Of a stretch of DNA of 64,000 nucleotides, positions 26,509 to 37,246 are shown piece after piece (position 1 is the stretch's first letter; every line of letters begins with the position of its first letter). The stretch covers positions 682,001-746,000 of the forward strand of contig AP026130.1 of assembly GCA_030295235.1 (NCBI GenBank). The letters run 5' to 3'. Both the position numbers and the translations under genes were made by a program. The DNA is from Fistulifera solaris (taxonomy: Eukaryota). The notes below the pieces were generated by a model. It was not told where the DNA came from. It worked only from the letters and a program-made list of their open reading frames with translations, and did not search any database.

Positions 26509-26602
26509 TATGTTGACGTGAGTCTTCACCGAACTGTATTGCTGCACACGTCTATCCGTAAACAACTACTCCGTACAAAATACTAGCTCTATACATGCTT
26601 TT

Positions 26603-29021
26603 CTATAACTTTAGCTCTGCTTTGTCTCCTTCCTTGGCAGATATGCCCTGTTCGAACGCGACTTTACATTTTCCGGCCTTTCCAAAGGCACCGACGATAC
26701 TTCCCTCCTCTTGTGTGCTCGGTATAAACACTTTTGTGCCAACTTTTTCCTTTATATTGATCTCGGGAGCGAAGAACCCCGAAACGATCGCCATGGAATG
26801 CTTGCCGTTCTCCAGCACGTCGCCTTTGATGGATGCTACTTCTCCTATAAGGTTCACACCTTTTTCTCGAGGTTTCTTCTTGTTAGCTTCTTTCTTCGGC
26901 TTTTCCACCTCGAGTCGTGCTCCGGGGCGAGAGGGTGGTAATACCGTGGATTGCTGCATGGATTTAGTAGGGTCGTGCATGAATCGCTTAAAGCGGAGGT
27001 ACAGTGGCTCACCCTCTTGAACTTCGGTTCCACCCGGAAAATACACTCGAAACTTGCCCGACGTTCCGTACGATGATTTGATCTCCCCAATGTCCCCTTG
27101 CTCGGTTTCCATTTTCATACCGATGAACAGTTTCATATTCGTTTCCTTCTTGAACAAATCGTCGCCAAAGACTTCATAGCACACGACTTTCTGGTCATCA
27201 AAGCGCTTGTGTGGGTCGCCTAATTTCGAGACCACACCAACTTTTTGTTTCTCAGTGTAAAGACGTATCTGTGTCATGGCCGTACTGGGTTCGACTCGTT
27301 CGATCAATCGACCGGAAAAGGCTAATCGACAGGACGAAGCCCCGCCATCCGTGTCAACAGCCACATCAAGCCGTGACCCGATGACAAGACTATGTGCTGG
27401 ACAATAAACAGGCGTTTGAAAGTCTAGTAAGGCCCAATGTAAAGGGTTTCTTGCGGATTCCCGGGCGAAGTATCCAGAGCTTCCAACAAAGACTCTTGAA
27501 AAACAAAGTCTTGTTGAAAATCGAATGGTATTTTTGGCAATCCAGCAAGGTCCGCATCACCTCCCAGCCACGACGACATGAGCTTATTGCTTGAAGCATC
27601 TTTCTTAGCTTCGGCTGCTTGATGTGCCAATTCCCTCGCTCCCCAGAACGTTAATGTTGCCATTACAGTTGTGTGGCCTACGGAAATATGAAACTTGGAG
27701 TTGCACATGAGCTTTCCGGAGGTGTAATACGGAACTTTTCGCACAAGAGCGATCGCCCCCTTCCACAACGGCACAGCTCCAGGGGCCGCCACAATACCGC
27801 GTTCTAAGAGTTTCGCATCTAAGTTACTGACACAAATTCCCGCCCGATCTCCTTGTTGAATGTGTTGCACTTGTCGTTTAAACATTTGAATCGATTTGAT
27901 TTTTCGATCCATACCGAGTGAGGGAAATTCGATGCCGTCGTTGACGGCAGCAAAGCCCGATAAGACTGTTCCTGTCAACACTGTGCCGCGTCCGCGAATG
28001 GGGAAGCAGTGGTCGACGGAAAAATAAAAAGGCTGCTCTTTGGCTTCATTCGTCACACTTCGTCGTGGCGGTGGAAGTTTGGCTTTCAGCAGATCAACTA
28101 ACAGATCCATCTGATATGTCTCGTGGAGGACCGATGATTTGGTTTCTTCCGCATTGGCTGCGGCTTTTTCTCCTCCCACGCAAGCAGCCACCCCGACCAT
28201 GGGGGCATCCGCAAAGCGCGTGCCTATCAGTCTTTGCCTTACTTTTGATTTTGCTGCTTCCAACTGTTTTTCACGTTCGTTCGGCTCAAACATATCAGCC
28301 TTATTCAATGCGACTAATAAGTGCGGACTGGTCAACTGAGCAAGTACCAAGCATTCTGTTGTCTGTGCCTGCCATCCTTTCACCTGCATTCGAACGACAA
28401 GTCAGTCATCACAGGATAATACAGACTAATTTCTTCCGCCCACATAAAAAACAGGCAATAGATCGTGCGACTTACTGCATCAACAATCAACAATACCATG
28501 TCAATAATCTGAGCTCCACCAATGATGGTGCGAATCAAACTAGCGTGACCTGGACAATCGACAAGAGTGATCTGTAACTTCTTCTTGTCGGGGAAATGCT
28601 GCTGTAAGTGCTCCGGCAAGTCGAGAAAGAAGCAACTAAAACCGAGATCGAGAGTCATCCCTCGTTCCCTCGACTCTTTACTTTTGTCGAGAGCAGCTGT
28701 CGATAAAAGTGTCGACAGCGCTTTGACCAGGGATGTCTTTCCTGTGTTTCCAAGTCACGATTATGAAGGATGTGAGCAAAGAGGCGACTTAACCCATTAC
28801 AGTAAGATAGTGCGACGTTCTTACCGCTATCAACATGGCCTAAAATTCGATAAGAAAAAGGAAAAACAGATACAGAGAGTATGTCAGAGAAGCTCAGAAG
28901 CGCCTTTGAAGACCCCTCTAGCAAAGGGCGTCGACGGATGCCTCTCACCTAGAACTCCTACGTTTACATTGAGGATCTCTTGCGGGTCGTACTGTTGCTC
29001 CGCTGTTTTTACTTCTGGCAT
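26603..29021 (-). CDS. EEFSEC: Selenocysteine-specific translation elongation factor eEFSec/SelB
   Basis: Spliced sequence reads NVNVGVLGHVDSGKTSLVKALST...ERGMTLDLGFS...ITLVDCPGHASLIRTIIGGAQIID, then QTTECL, VDHCFPIRGRGTVLTGT, CRLAFSG and a C-terminal GTSGKFRV domain. Confidence 0.93.
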
Positions 29022-29198
29022 TATGATTGGTAGATAATATACAGTCGATTTTGTGCAATACTTTGGGAAGGCTAAGACAGCAACGCCAGGAGCGTCAAAA
29101 AATAATAAAATCAAATAAAACAAAAGAATCATCCTCTCCGCATTTTGTAGTGTGACTGGACGATGCGTGAGTGCAAGTGGATGATGCACCAAGACTGC

Positions 29199-29573
29199 GG
29201 GAAAATTCTGGACCAGGTGCATTTCATTCATACAGAAAATCTGGGAATTTCCAGAAATTCTGGACCAGTTGTATTTCATTCATACAGAAAATCTGGGGCA
29301 TTCCAGAAATTTTGGAACAGTTGTACTTCATTCATACAGAAAATCTGGGGGGATTTCACCAGGTGAAATTTCATTCATACAGAAAATCTTGGGCATTCTA
29401 GAATTTCTAAACCAGGTGAAATTTTCATGCATACAGAAATTCTGGGGCGGTCCAGAAATTCAGGACCAGTTGTATTTCGTTCATACAGAAAATCTGGGGA
29501 GGTCCAGAAATTCTGGACCAGTTGTATTTCAAATCATTCTTCAGAAAATCTTGTGCATTCCAGAAATTCTGGA
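29199..29573 (+). repeat. Minisatellite array, about 52-bp unit (copy B, about 7 units)
   Basis: CATACAGAAA recurs at 29229, 29281, 29333, 29376, 29430 and 29482; same unit as copy A. Confidence 0.92.
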
Positions 29574-29631
29574 ATGCGCCGCCCGATAAAAGAACACACA
29601 CACCTTGAAAATATGGCACAAAACGTTGACC

Positions 29632-30732
29632 ATGGCGGCGTGTCTACCTCTTCGAATACTTTGTTTGCATGACTCCCATTCCAATGCCGAGCACCTAAAG
29701 ACGGAACTAGATGTGTTAGGAAAGCGATTGTTTGTAAAACATGGGGGAATTGATCTTGTATACGTCAATAGCCCAATTGCCTTGCATGTAGAAACGGAAC
29801 GGGTCTGGTGGGAGGCGGTGAAGCAGTTACCAGCTCTTTCGTCGCAGCAAAAACAACATCAGGAGGATCTTGTCTTTGACAGTGATAACGACGACGAAGA
29901 AGAGAATGATGAGAATGGTTCCATTGATTCATCTCAAGATCGGGAACTGTCCCTTCAGCCAGCATCCGAAACAGAAGGTATACCCGAAATGGATGATCTT
30001 GCTGTACCATACTACCGAGGCTTGGACGCTTCGTTGCAACTACTACGTCAGATTTGGATGTCTCAACCATTCTGGGGAATTCTCGGCGTGGGGCAGGGTG
30101 CAGCAGTGGCAGCCTTATTAACTTTGATTTTACAATCATCCGAAGACCCAGTTCCGCCGCCGTCCTTTGCTATTTTCGTCCGAGGTCAAACATTGTTGCC
30201 CGAACCGGAGTGCCTGATTAATCAATTCCCATGTTTGCATATTCTAGATACCCACGATACTTTACACCGTGAAGGAACCCTGTTGTCACAGCAGTTTGCG
30301 GGGACGATTGCATCAGTGCTGTTACCAGATCAAAGATTGGGAAAGGACGCGTTCAATGTCATGGGAAAGTTTATTTTAGATCAAAAGAAAACAGCCATGG
30401 GCAGTGGTCGAGACCTTGTATTGCTGCAGAACGCGCTTTATTTTACGGAGCAGCAAGCGGCAGACAAGATCGCGTTAGAAATCGCCAAGAACCCACCGGC
30501 TCCTCTTATGGCCATTATTCGCCCGCAGCATGTCGCTGGTTGGCAAGGAAACAAGCGTCGACAACCGGGGGAAGAAGGAGGAGGTGCACCGTGTCCGTCG
30601 GAGTTCTTATTGAAGCGAGACAAGCGCCCCAATCAACACAAGACAGGTGGTGGAGGCGTGAGCCGTGTGCATCCGAACCAGCGAGCCGAAGGAGAAAGCA
30701 GCTCATCAGTAGAAAACAGCACAGAGAGCTAA
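29632..30732 (+). CDS. FSH1/OVCA2-like serine hydrolase-fold protein (probably inactive)
   Basis: LRILCLHD at the N-terminus; PFWGILGVGQGAAVA where the family has GFSQGA. Confidence 0.65.
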   Translation: MAACLPLRILCLHDSHSNAEHLKTELDVLGKRLFVKHGGIDLVYVNSPIALHVETERVWWEAVKQLPALSSQQKQHQEDLVFDSDNDDEEENDENGSIDSSQDRELSLQPASETEGIPEMDDLAVPYYRGLDASLQLLRQIWMSQPFWGILGVGQGAAVAALLTLILQSSEDPVPPPSFAIFVRGQTLLPEPECLINQFPCLHILDTHDTLHREGTLLSQQFAGTIASVLLPDQRLGKDAFNVMGKFILDQKKTAMGSGRDLVLLQNALYFTEQQAADKIALEIAKNPPAPLMAIIRPQHVAGWQGNKRRQPGEEGGGAPCPSEFLLKRDKRPNQHKTGGGGVSRVHPNQRAEGESSSSVENSTES

Positions 30733-30815
30733 AATGTGAAATAATATGCACTAGTGATTACCTTCGATAATGTGAAGAACGCCTCAGTTGTTCGCTTAAG
30801 ACCGGTAGACGGAAT

Positions 30816-32738
30816 TCAATTCATTGGATCAACATCTAGTCCGTTTCCTGTTAAGCTGCAATATTCGCGGCAATAGGAAGGGAGATTTCTTTGCAGTCGA
30901 TCACGGTTGATGTGGGCCTCACTGGACATATCTATAGTAGCAAGGGAGCCATTGGGGCAGTCGAGCTCTAATTTCAGAGCGCCGTCCGTGGTAACAAGCT
31001 CAGCCGTAACCCGTCCGCAATCATCACAATACCACCACTTCGCATCATCGCTACCCCACGGAGGAAAAGGGACACAAGAGAGCCACGTACAACTAGGGCA
31101 CGGTGTAGTCGGTTCGCCACCTCCGCTTTGGAGAAGGATGACGAGAATTATTACAAACAAAGCCACCGTGAGAATCAATCCGCAAAACTTCATAAGAAAA
31201 TGCTTTGTGCGCGTCAACAAGCTTTCCTCCATGCCAAAGAAATCAGCAGAGAGACGCTGAATTGTGGAAAATCCGCACATAAAACCAAAGACCATGCCGC
31301 CAAGATCTGATCAGATTTCGTTAGAACAAGTTGGCTAGTGATGTGATAGGTAGGGAAGTGATGCACTCAGACTTACGTGTGAAATTATCAACGAACGGTG
31401 TCAAGCCAATAATGCAATTCAGCACAATATCAAAAAGCAGGGCGATAACAACCATAACGTGATGATGCTTTTTCCCATTCTCAGTGACAAAGTCACAAAA
31501 CAATAATTTCCAATTCATGATTATGTCAGCAATGCATGCTCCGATGAACCCGAATATGCCTCCTGATGCTCCAACGGTGATAAATTCTGGTAAGAAGATT
31601 GCACTCAAAATTGTTCCACCAACCGCGGATAGCATGAAGATGATCATAGCCGCAAACCAGCCATGAGTCGATTCAATTGCGGCTCCAACGAACCACAGAG
31701 CCATCATATTGATGAAATAATGAACCAAACCAGCATGAAGGATTGTCGATGAAAGTAAGCGCCAACCCTCGTCGTGATTGACAATCAGGTCAGTATCTTT
31801 TGCGCCCATTTTGATGAGTGTTGCCGCACTCGGGCCAATCATTGGGTTCTCAGATAAGTTCTCTACTTCCCAACCATTCACTCCGATTGAAGCAATCATA
31901 AGCATTGTACACACAAATAGAAGTGTATAGGTGAACCACGGGCGATTCGCGCTTCCTTTCTTGCTTTCTTCAAAGTCCGCCCAAGATAAATAGGGATCAC
32001 CATTTGCACGTCTTACAGCAGCATTTTCCGCCCATTCCACGTCGATACGGATAGATGAAAGGTGGTCGTAAAGACCCAAAATTCCGAATGGTCTTTCGTC
32101 ACCGTATTTTTTACGTCGCTTTTCTTGTGCAAATTGAAAGTCTCTGATTCGTCGCGCTAATGTGGGAGCAATAAAATCGGCAGCTCCCCAACCAGCAGAT
32201 AATGTTCCTGCTAGCAAACGAAGTTGATCGATGTCCTCTTGTTTGTGTTCGATCTGAGGGTGGATATCACAGGGCTCAAGGAACTCTGGATTTCGTTCGA
32301 ACTCCTCTTCGTCGCTGAAGTATTCATCCACGAAAGAGTAATCCTCGCTATCATTATCAAAGCTCATGAACCTTCGGCGTTGAAAGGGCTTAGCTATGAC
32401 ATGATCTAAAAAAATCTGGTCATTTGAGGTCCGTTCGGACTCACCTCTCATCTTGCTCCGACGCGTTACTGTGGTATCTGGAAGACTTCTCCTCTCGGGA
32501 TTCGTAATAATCATCAGGGTTCGCCTGCTGTGATTTCTGAAGTTGACCATTTGCAGTGTAGAATTCTTGAAATTGGTCTTCCGAGTGACGACTCCTCTTC
32601 GGCGCCATGGCGAATGCTGGCGACGTCTCAGCTTGTGCTTCCGTTCCCCGGAGTCTTGTTTGTCTCTCCATTTTTTCAAACTTCTTTCCGTTAACACCTC
32701 CTTCTTTTGTTGATACCAGGGAGTACTTTGTATGTCAT
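30816..32738 (-). CDS. Rhomboid intramembrane serine protease (5' end approximate)
   Basis: NPMIGPS, EGWRLLSSTILHAGLVH, VGASGG, VDNFTH with an intron at about 31308-31375. Confidence 0.88.
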
Positions 32739-33339
32739 GAATATTATTTGTGATTTATTTGTGTGTCTATAAATTGTTCTTGTTCATCTCGAGATGGTGC
32801 TACCTGGTAAGTCTTACTGTAAATTCAAAGCCTCTGCCCGCTCGCACCATGGAAAAATAATATATCTTTTAGCTAACCACGAAACGACTTAAAAGCGATG
32901 AATATTTGGACTTAGCTCATAAATTATCTTTGTGACGCCCGTCAGGTTTAATATTACACATTAAGTCATACCGTCTGGTCGCGGTGTTCCTCATGCTTAA
33001 GTACAAATCAACTTGCTGCTCAATCAGACTACGTGCGACGGACAGTCGATCACGGAGTTTTGCTATCACGTTGTGACATCTGGTGTGTCAATTGTGACCA
33101 TTCGTTCTAACCCAGTAGGCCAAATACGTAGAATTCTACGTCGTCAACCAGTATCACAAATGCACCCTCATTGAGCCTTGACTTTTCTGACACCTTCCTT
33201 CCGCACTCGTAGAGTTTGTACCGAAGCCAACGGCGTCACAACAAGTTCTCTCGGCCGAGCTGTTTCAAAACACCGAAAACTTCATCACAACGATAAAAGA
33301 AACAAATCTTCTTTATCATCTCTTATTTTTTCTAGTAAC

Positions 33340-33743
33340 ATGAAATCGACTTTCGGTGGTATCTTGCTTGCCCTCCTTATCGGAGCGGCCGTTGCGTTCA
33401 TTCGTCCGGCTCAACCCTTCCAGGTCGAGAACACTGTGCCTCCTGGCGTTCTTTCCTTCAAGGTCGTTGACGAACTCGACAACTCCAACATTGCCTCGGA
33501 CAACAACATTCACCCCGCTCGCAAGTGTAAGTGATTGAAGCTCTTCAATGTTCCTTTGGTTCTACTTGTTACTTATCCAAGTTTCTTTCCGCAACTTGTG
33601 TCATCATTCAGGCGGTTTCTGCATGGGAGTAAGTGGTTCAAGTTTATTGCTCAAAATAGGTTTCTCGTGCTTATCTAAACAATCACCTTCCTTCTTCTTT
33701 ACAGTGAGCCGGGCAGACGAACTGTCCTGTTAGCGGCCTTTAG
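33340..33743 (+). CDS. Candidate novel small selenoprotein; exons 33340-33526, 33612-33628, 33705-33743; TGA at 33705 read as Sec (may extend to 33865)
   Basis: Signal peptide ending AVA-F. Two canonical GTAAGT...CAG introns give ...HPARKCGFCMG-TGA-AGQTNCPVSGL. SECIS lies downstream. Confidence 0.72.
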
Positions 33744-33904
33744 GCTGCGGCAAGCGTTCGTCGTATAAGGAGCTTGATGGTAACACGCTCGTAAGAAATC
33801 AACTCAGAGATCAAGAGTGATTTTTTTGAGGAAAGACAACGCGTGTTGCCATTAAGCCTACATAGACCGCGAGGGGATCGATGTTGGCCGATTTAGATGG
33901 TGCT

Positions 33905-33974
33905 GCTTCCGACGGAATGATGAATCATTACTCGTAAAATGAATGGGGAATAGATTCTGATAAGGCTTGGAAGT
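33905..33974 (+). promoter_or_regulatory. Eukaryotic SECIS element (type I-like)
   Basis: Helix I CUUCCGA (33906-12) / UUGGAAG (33967-73); internal loop; core AUGAU (33917-21) / UGAU (33958-61); helix II GAAUCAUUACUCGU / AUGGGGAAUAGAUUC; apical AAAA (33936-39). Confidence 0.78.
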
Positions 33975-34162
33975 TTCTCATTATTGAGTCCAACTGAAAT
34001 TCTTTCAAAACCAGGCTATCATGTTTGATTGACATTCAAGTGTGTGGGTAGGAAATGTAAATTAAATATGGTAGTTCCTTTACAAATTAAGCCTAAAGAT
34101 CATGACGAAAACAAGCGGCGGATCTCCGCGAAGTCCATCCAAACGAGTTCAAAGAGTGAAGT

Positions 34163-36451
34163 TTATTGAAAGGCATCGTTTTGCAGCTTCTGGTCGGCAG
34201 GAGTGTAGCCTTTCAGGTTGGTGGCGAGATCGTATTCAACTAAGGTACCAATCATGTCAGCGAGCGGTTTCAGCTGCTTTTCGTAGCGCTTCCATGATTT
34301 CATACCGTCCTTGTATAGTCCTTTGCGCACTTGTGTGGTGGAAAGTGTGTTCACAGCGTGCTTTTTCTTGTGAAAGTCTAAAACGGTTTCATTCCAAGGA
34401 AGCTCAGCTGCTTCAATTATCTTTTTTGCTACGCCTGGCATGTCGATCACCATATCCTCGTACCGGATGTGTGTCACACGCCCTGGCAAAACCTTGTCCC
34501 AGTGCTCCATTATCTCTCGGTATGCGCGATACAATTCGGCAAGGCTTTCGAAATCACAAGTATAGTCTAGCGTCCCGGAAGGAAACTCATGCTTGTAGGC
34601 AGAAAAAAGCGTATCCATCGGTTCACGGACAACGTGAAGAATAAGAGCATGAGGATAGAGCATCTGAATGAATCCAATGTCTGAGCATCATGCGAAAAGG
34701 AGAGAGAATAGAAATTAGACGACAGTAAAATCATCAATAAGCGATCGTCTTGTGTACGTACTGTTGTAGTTGGTCAACATCTTGTCGACAAAACGGGCAG
34801 GTTCATTATCAGCGTCTTCGACTCCATTCGCTTCCTTTAGAGCGTCCCACCTCTCCTTCATTTCAAGCACTACTTTATCTGCTAGATCTCGCGTTACATC
34901 GCCCAAAATTTCGGGAGATTCCATACTAACACGTACGATCTCATTCCGAATTTCAGGGAGACGACCATTGAATACCGAGTTCTCTCCCGTCCCAGCAATT
35001 CGCGGATGTGAATCCAAGACACGTTCAAGCAACGTCGAACCACTTCTCACAAAACCGACAATGAAAATGGGAATTCTTGATTCACTGCCCACGTAAGAGG
35101 GCCAAAATCCGGATGTAAAGATATTCTTCGTTTGTCTGATCCTTGCCAGCTCCGAGCCCTTCTGCCATGGCGGCAATATCGACATTTTGTGTTTATAGGC
35201 TGTCCTCAAGTGTTCAAAGGCCGTACTCGCATCCTTTGTCTTTGCGTCGTGGTAAAGAAACATAGAATGATGAAGACGGGTCAACACAGCCGCGTAAGCA
35301 GGCTTGCTATGCGCCGGTGCTGACGCGAATTGCCCCTCAAGTTTAGGTAGCAAGTTCTCCACTGGCTCCACCAGCGTCCCCCAACCTCCGATAACGGCTT
35401 CCTCTTGTGTTTGTAAAATACGCGCGAGGCCTTGATACGAATCTGAAAAACCGAGCGTATCATCTTCGCGTGTGACTTGCACAAGATCGCGAGCGGCATC
35501 GCTGTATCGACCTAATATCAGTAGAGCTGATCCACGCGAGTTGACTGCGTCGAGGTAACCTGGCTCAATTTCCAAACAGGACGAGTAGCTCTCCACTGCG
35601 CGTTCAAACATATTGGCCATGAAATAAACCTTGCCTTGAGCCGTGTAGAATGGCACACAAGAGCCCATCGATGCTCTTGTCACGATTATTGAGTGATATT
35701 TCATCTTTAACTGAATTGACAGACGGATTGTTGGATTTCTTCGTTGACTGATTGTTAAGTAGCGCTTCTCTTTTGCGCTCCAACGCCATCTCAACAATCT
35801 TTTCAAACATCTGGATCGTTTTCTTCTCGTACGTTCCGCCCTCATGATATCGCAGCTCGTAAAAGCGCATGGCATCCGCAAAGTCCAAAGCAGCAAACAA
35901 ATCATCCGGTTTGCTCTTATACACCTCTTTTAGGGCATTGATTTGATCAATAAGCCTCAATCGCGCGTCATCATCAGCTCCTCTCGACGACGCGCAGTGC
36001 GCTTATCCGTATTCGTTTGTGAGTTCGTATTGGCTGACGACGACTCGGATTCGGAGGGGCGCCGCGGGGCCACACTCTCAGAATCCATCTCAATACGGCG
36101 TCTCCTCGACTGTATGGTGGATAATACATTTTGGTAGTCGGTAGGCCAACTGGAAGGTGCGGACTCTAAAGGAATAGGCGCGGGAGGCGGCGCCGACAAA
36201 TTGTCTTGAATAGGGCGACGCTGCCATCCCGCCGGTTTTCGTCGTTCAAACTCGAGAGGCTCGTATCCCTTCAACTCGATCGGCTTTACAGCGGTATCTA
36301 CTGTCAGGCGACTGAATAGCGAGAACAAAAGAACCGGAATCACCAAGAAGACGAAAAGTGAAACCGTCATTGATGGCTCGTCGTCATTGTTGTCACCCGT
36401 TTCAATCGGCTGTGCATCCGCTGTCGTCGCTTCTTTCTCTTCTGATCCCAT
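34163..36451 (-). CDS. Membrane-anchored TPR plus sulfotransferase (Sulfotransfer_3/TPST-like) protein
   Basis: N-terminal TM, TPR helices, PAPS-binding PIFIVGFVRSGSTLLERVLDSHP, VDKM, HVVREPMDT, IRYEDMV. Confidence 0.85.
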
Positions 36452-37246
36452 GCTCCGCACACGTTTTAGTTTGTCTAAAGGAAATGTTGGATTAAAGGCT
36501 AAATAATGCGGAGTGATACAATAAATAGCATGCCTTGTCTTTATCGATTTTTTATTGTTCGGCTATGTTGCCAGACATGTCGCTTTCAAACATTTACTAT
36601 AGCCTCGAGTGTATATTACCATTTCCAAGAATGCATTTTAGTCATGAATCCTTATTATCCAGCCGGTGTGCCGGTGCGCACCACTTCCGCATGTTCTTTG
36701 AACAATGCTAAACAAAAAGCATAAGCAGCATGCAATTGTCTCACTTTTGTATTGAATGCGAAGGATTACGGAGTATTATTTTACTTGTCGAGTTACGTAA
36801 AGGTTGTAAGTTGTGAGGACTTACGTCTCGACCAATCAAAACGGATAAGGTTGGTTGAAGATAGTACAAAGTATTGAGTGTTGGCCTTAACAAGTACGTA
36901 GTACCAGGTAGCAACTCCATTGTCACACGGTACCAAATTAGTAGGTTCTACTTATAGTAGCTGAATATTAATGTCGCAGAGAGATGGATGTCATGAAGAA
37001 CAAATGCCGCGTCAGCAAAGCTGACGTTGCTCACTTCTCGTGACAACATTCAGACTGTAGTATAGTGCAGAAAGTAGAATGTCAGATGCGTTTCTTCCAC
37101 AAGTGATTGAGAGCGATCACAAGCGATGCGTGGGTCTCACTCGTTTTTTCTTTCTCTTCTCATCAACGATCTTCATTCATTTGTATCCAAGCAATTCATC
37201 TCCCAATACTCGCACGGAGACCGATGTTAAAAAGCTCTTGACAATC

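Noticed and set aside
29199..29573. CRISPR-like array (palindromic repeats at regular spacing; also 16501-16882)
   Set aside because: The whole 52-bp unit repeats with no unique spacers, there are no cas genes, and the context is eukaryotic. It is a minisatellite.
33917..33960. Box C/D snoRNA (ATGATGA ... CTGA)
   Set aside because: It spans only 44 nt and the interior is base-paired, leaving no antisense guide. Helix I and the apical AAAA fit a SECIS, which shares the K-turn motif.
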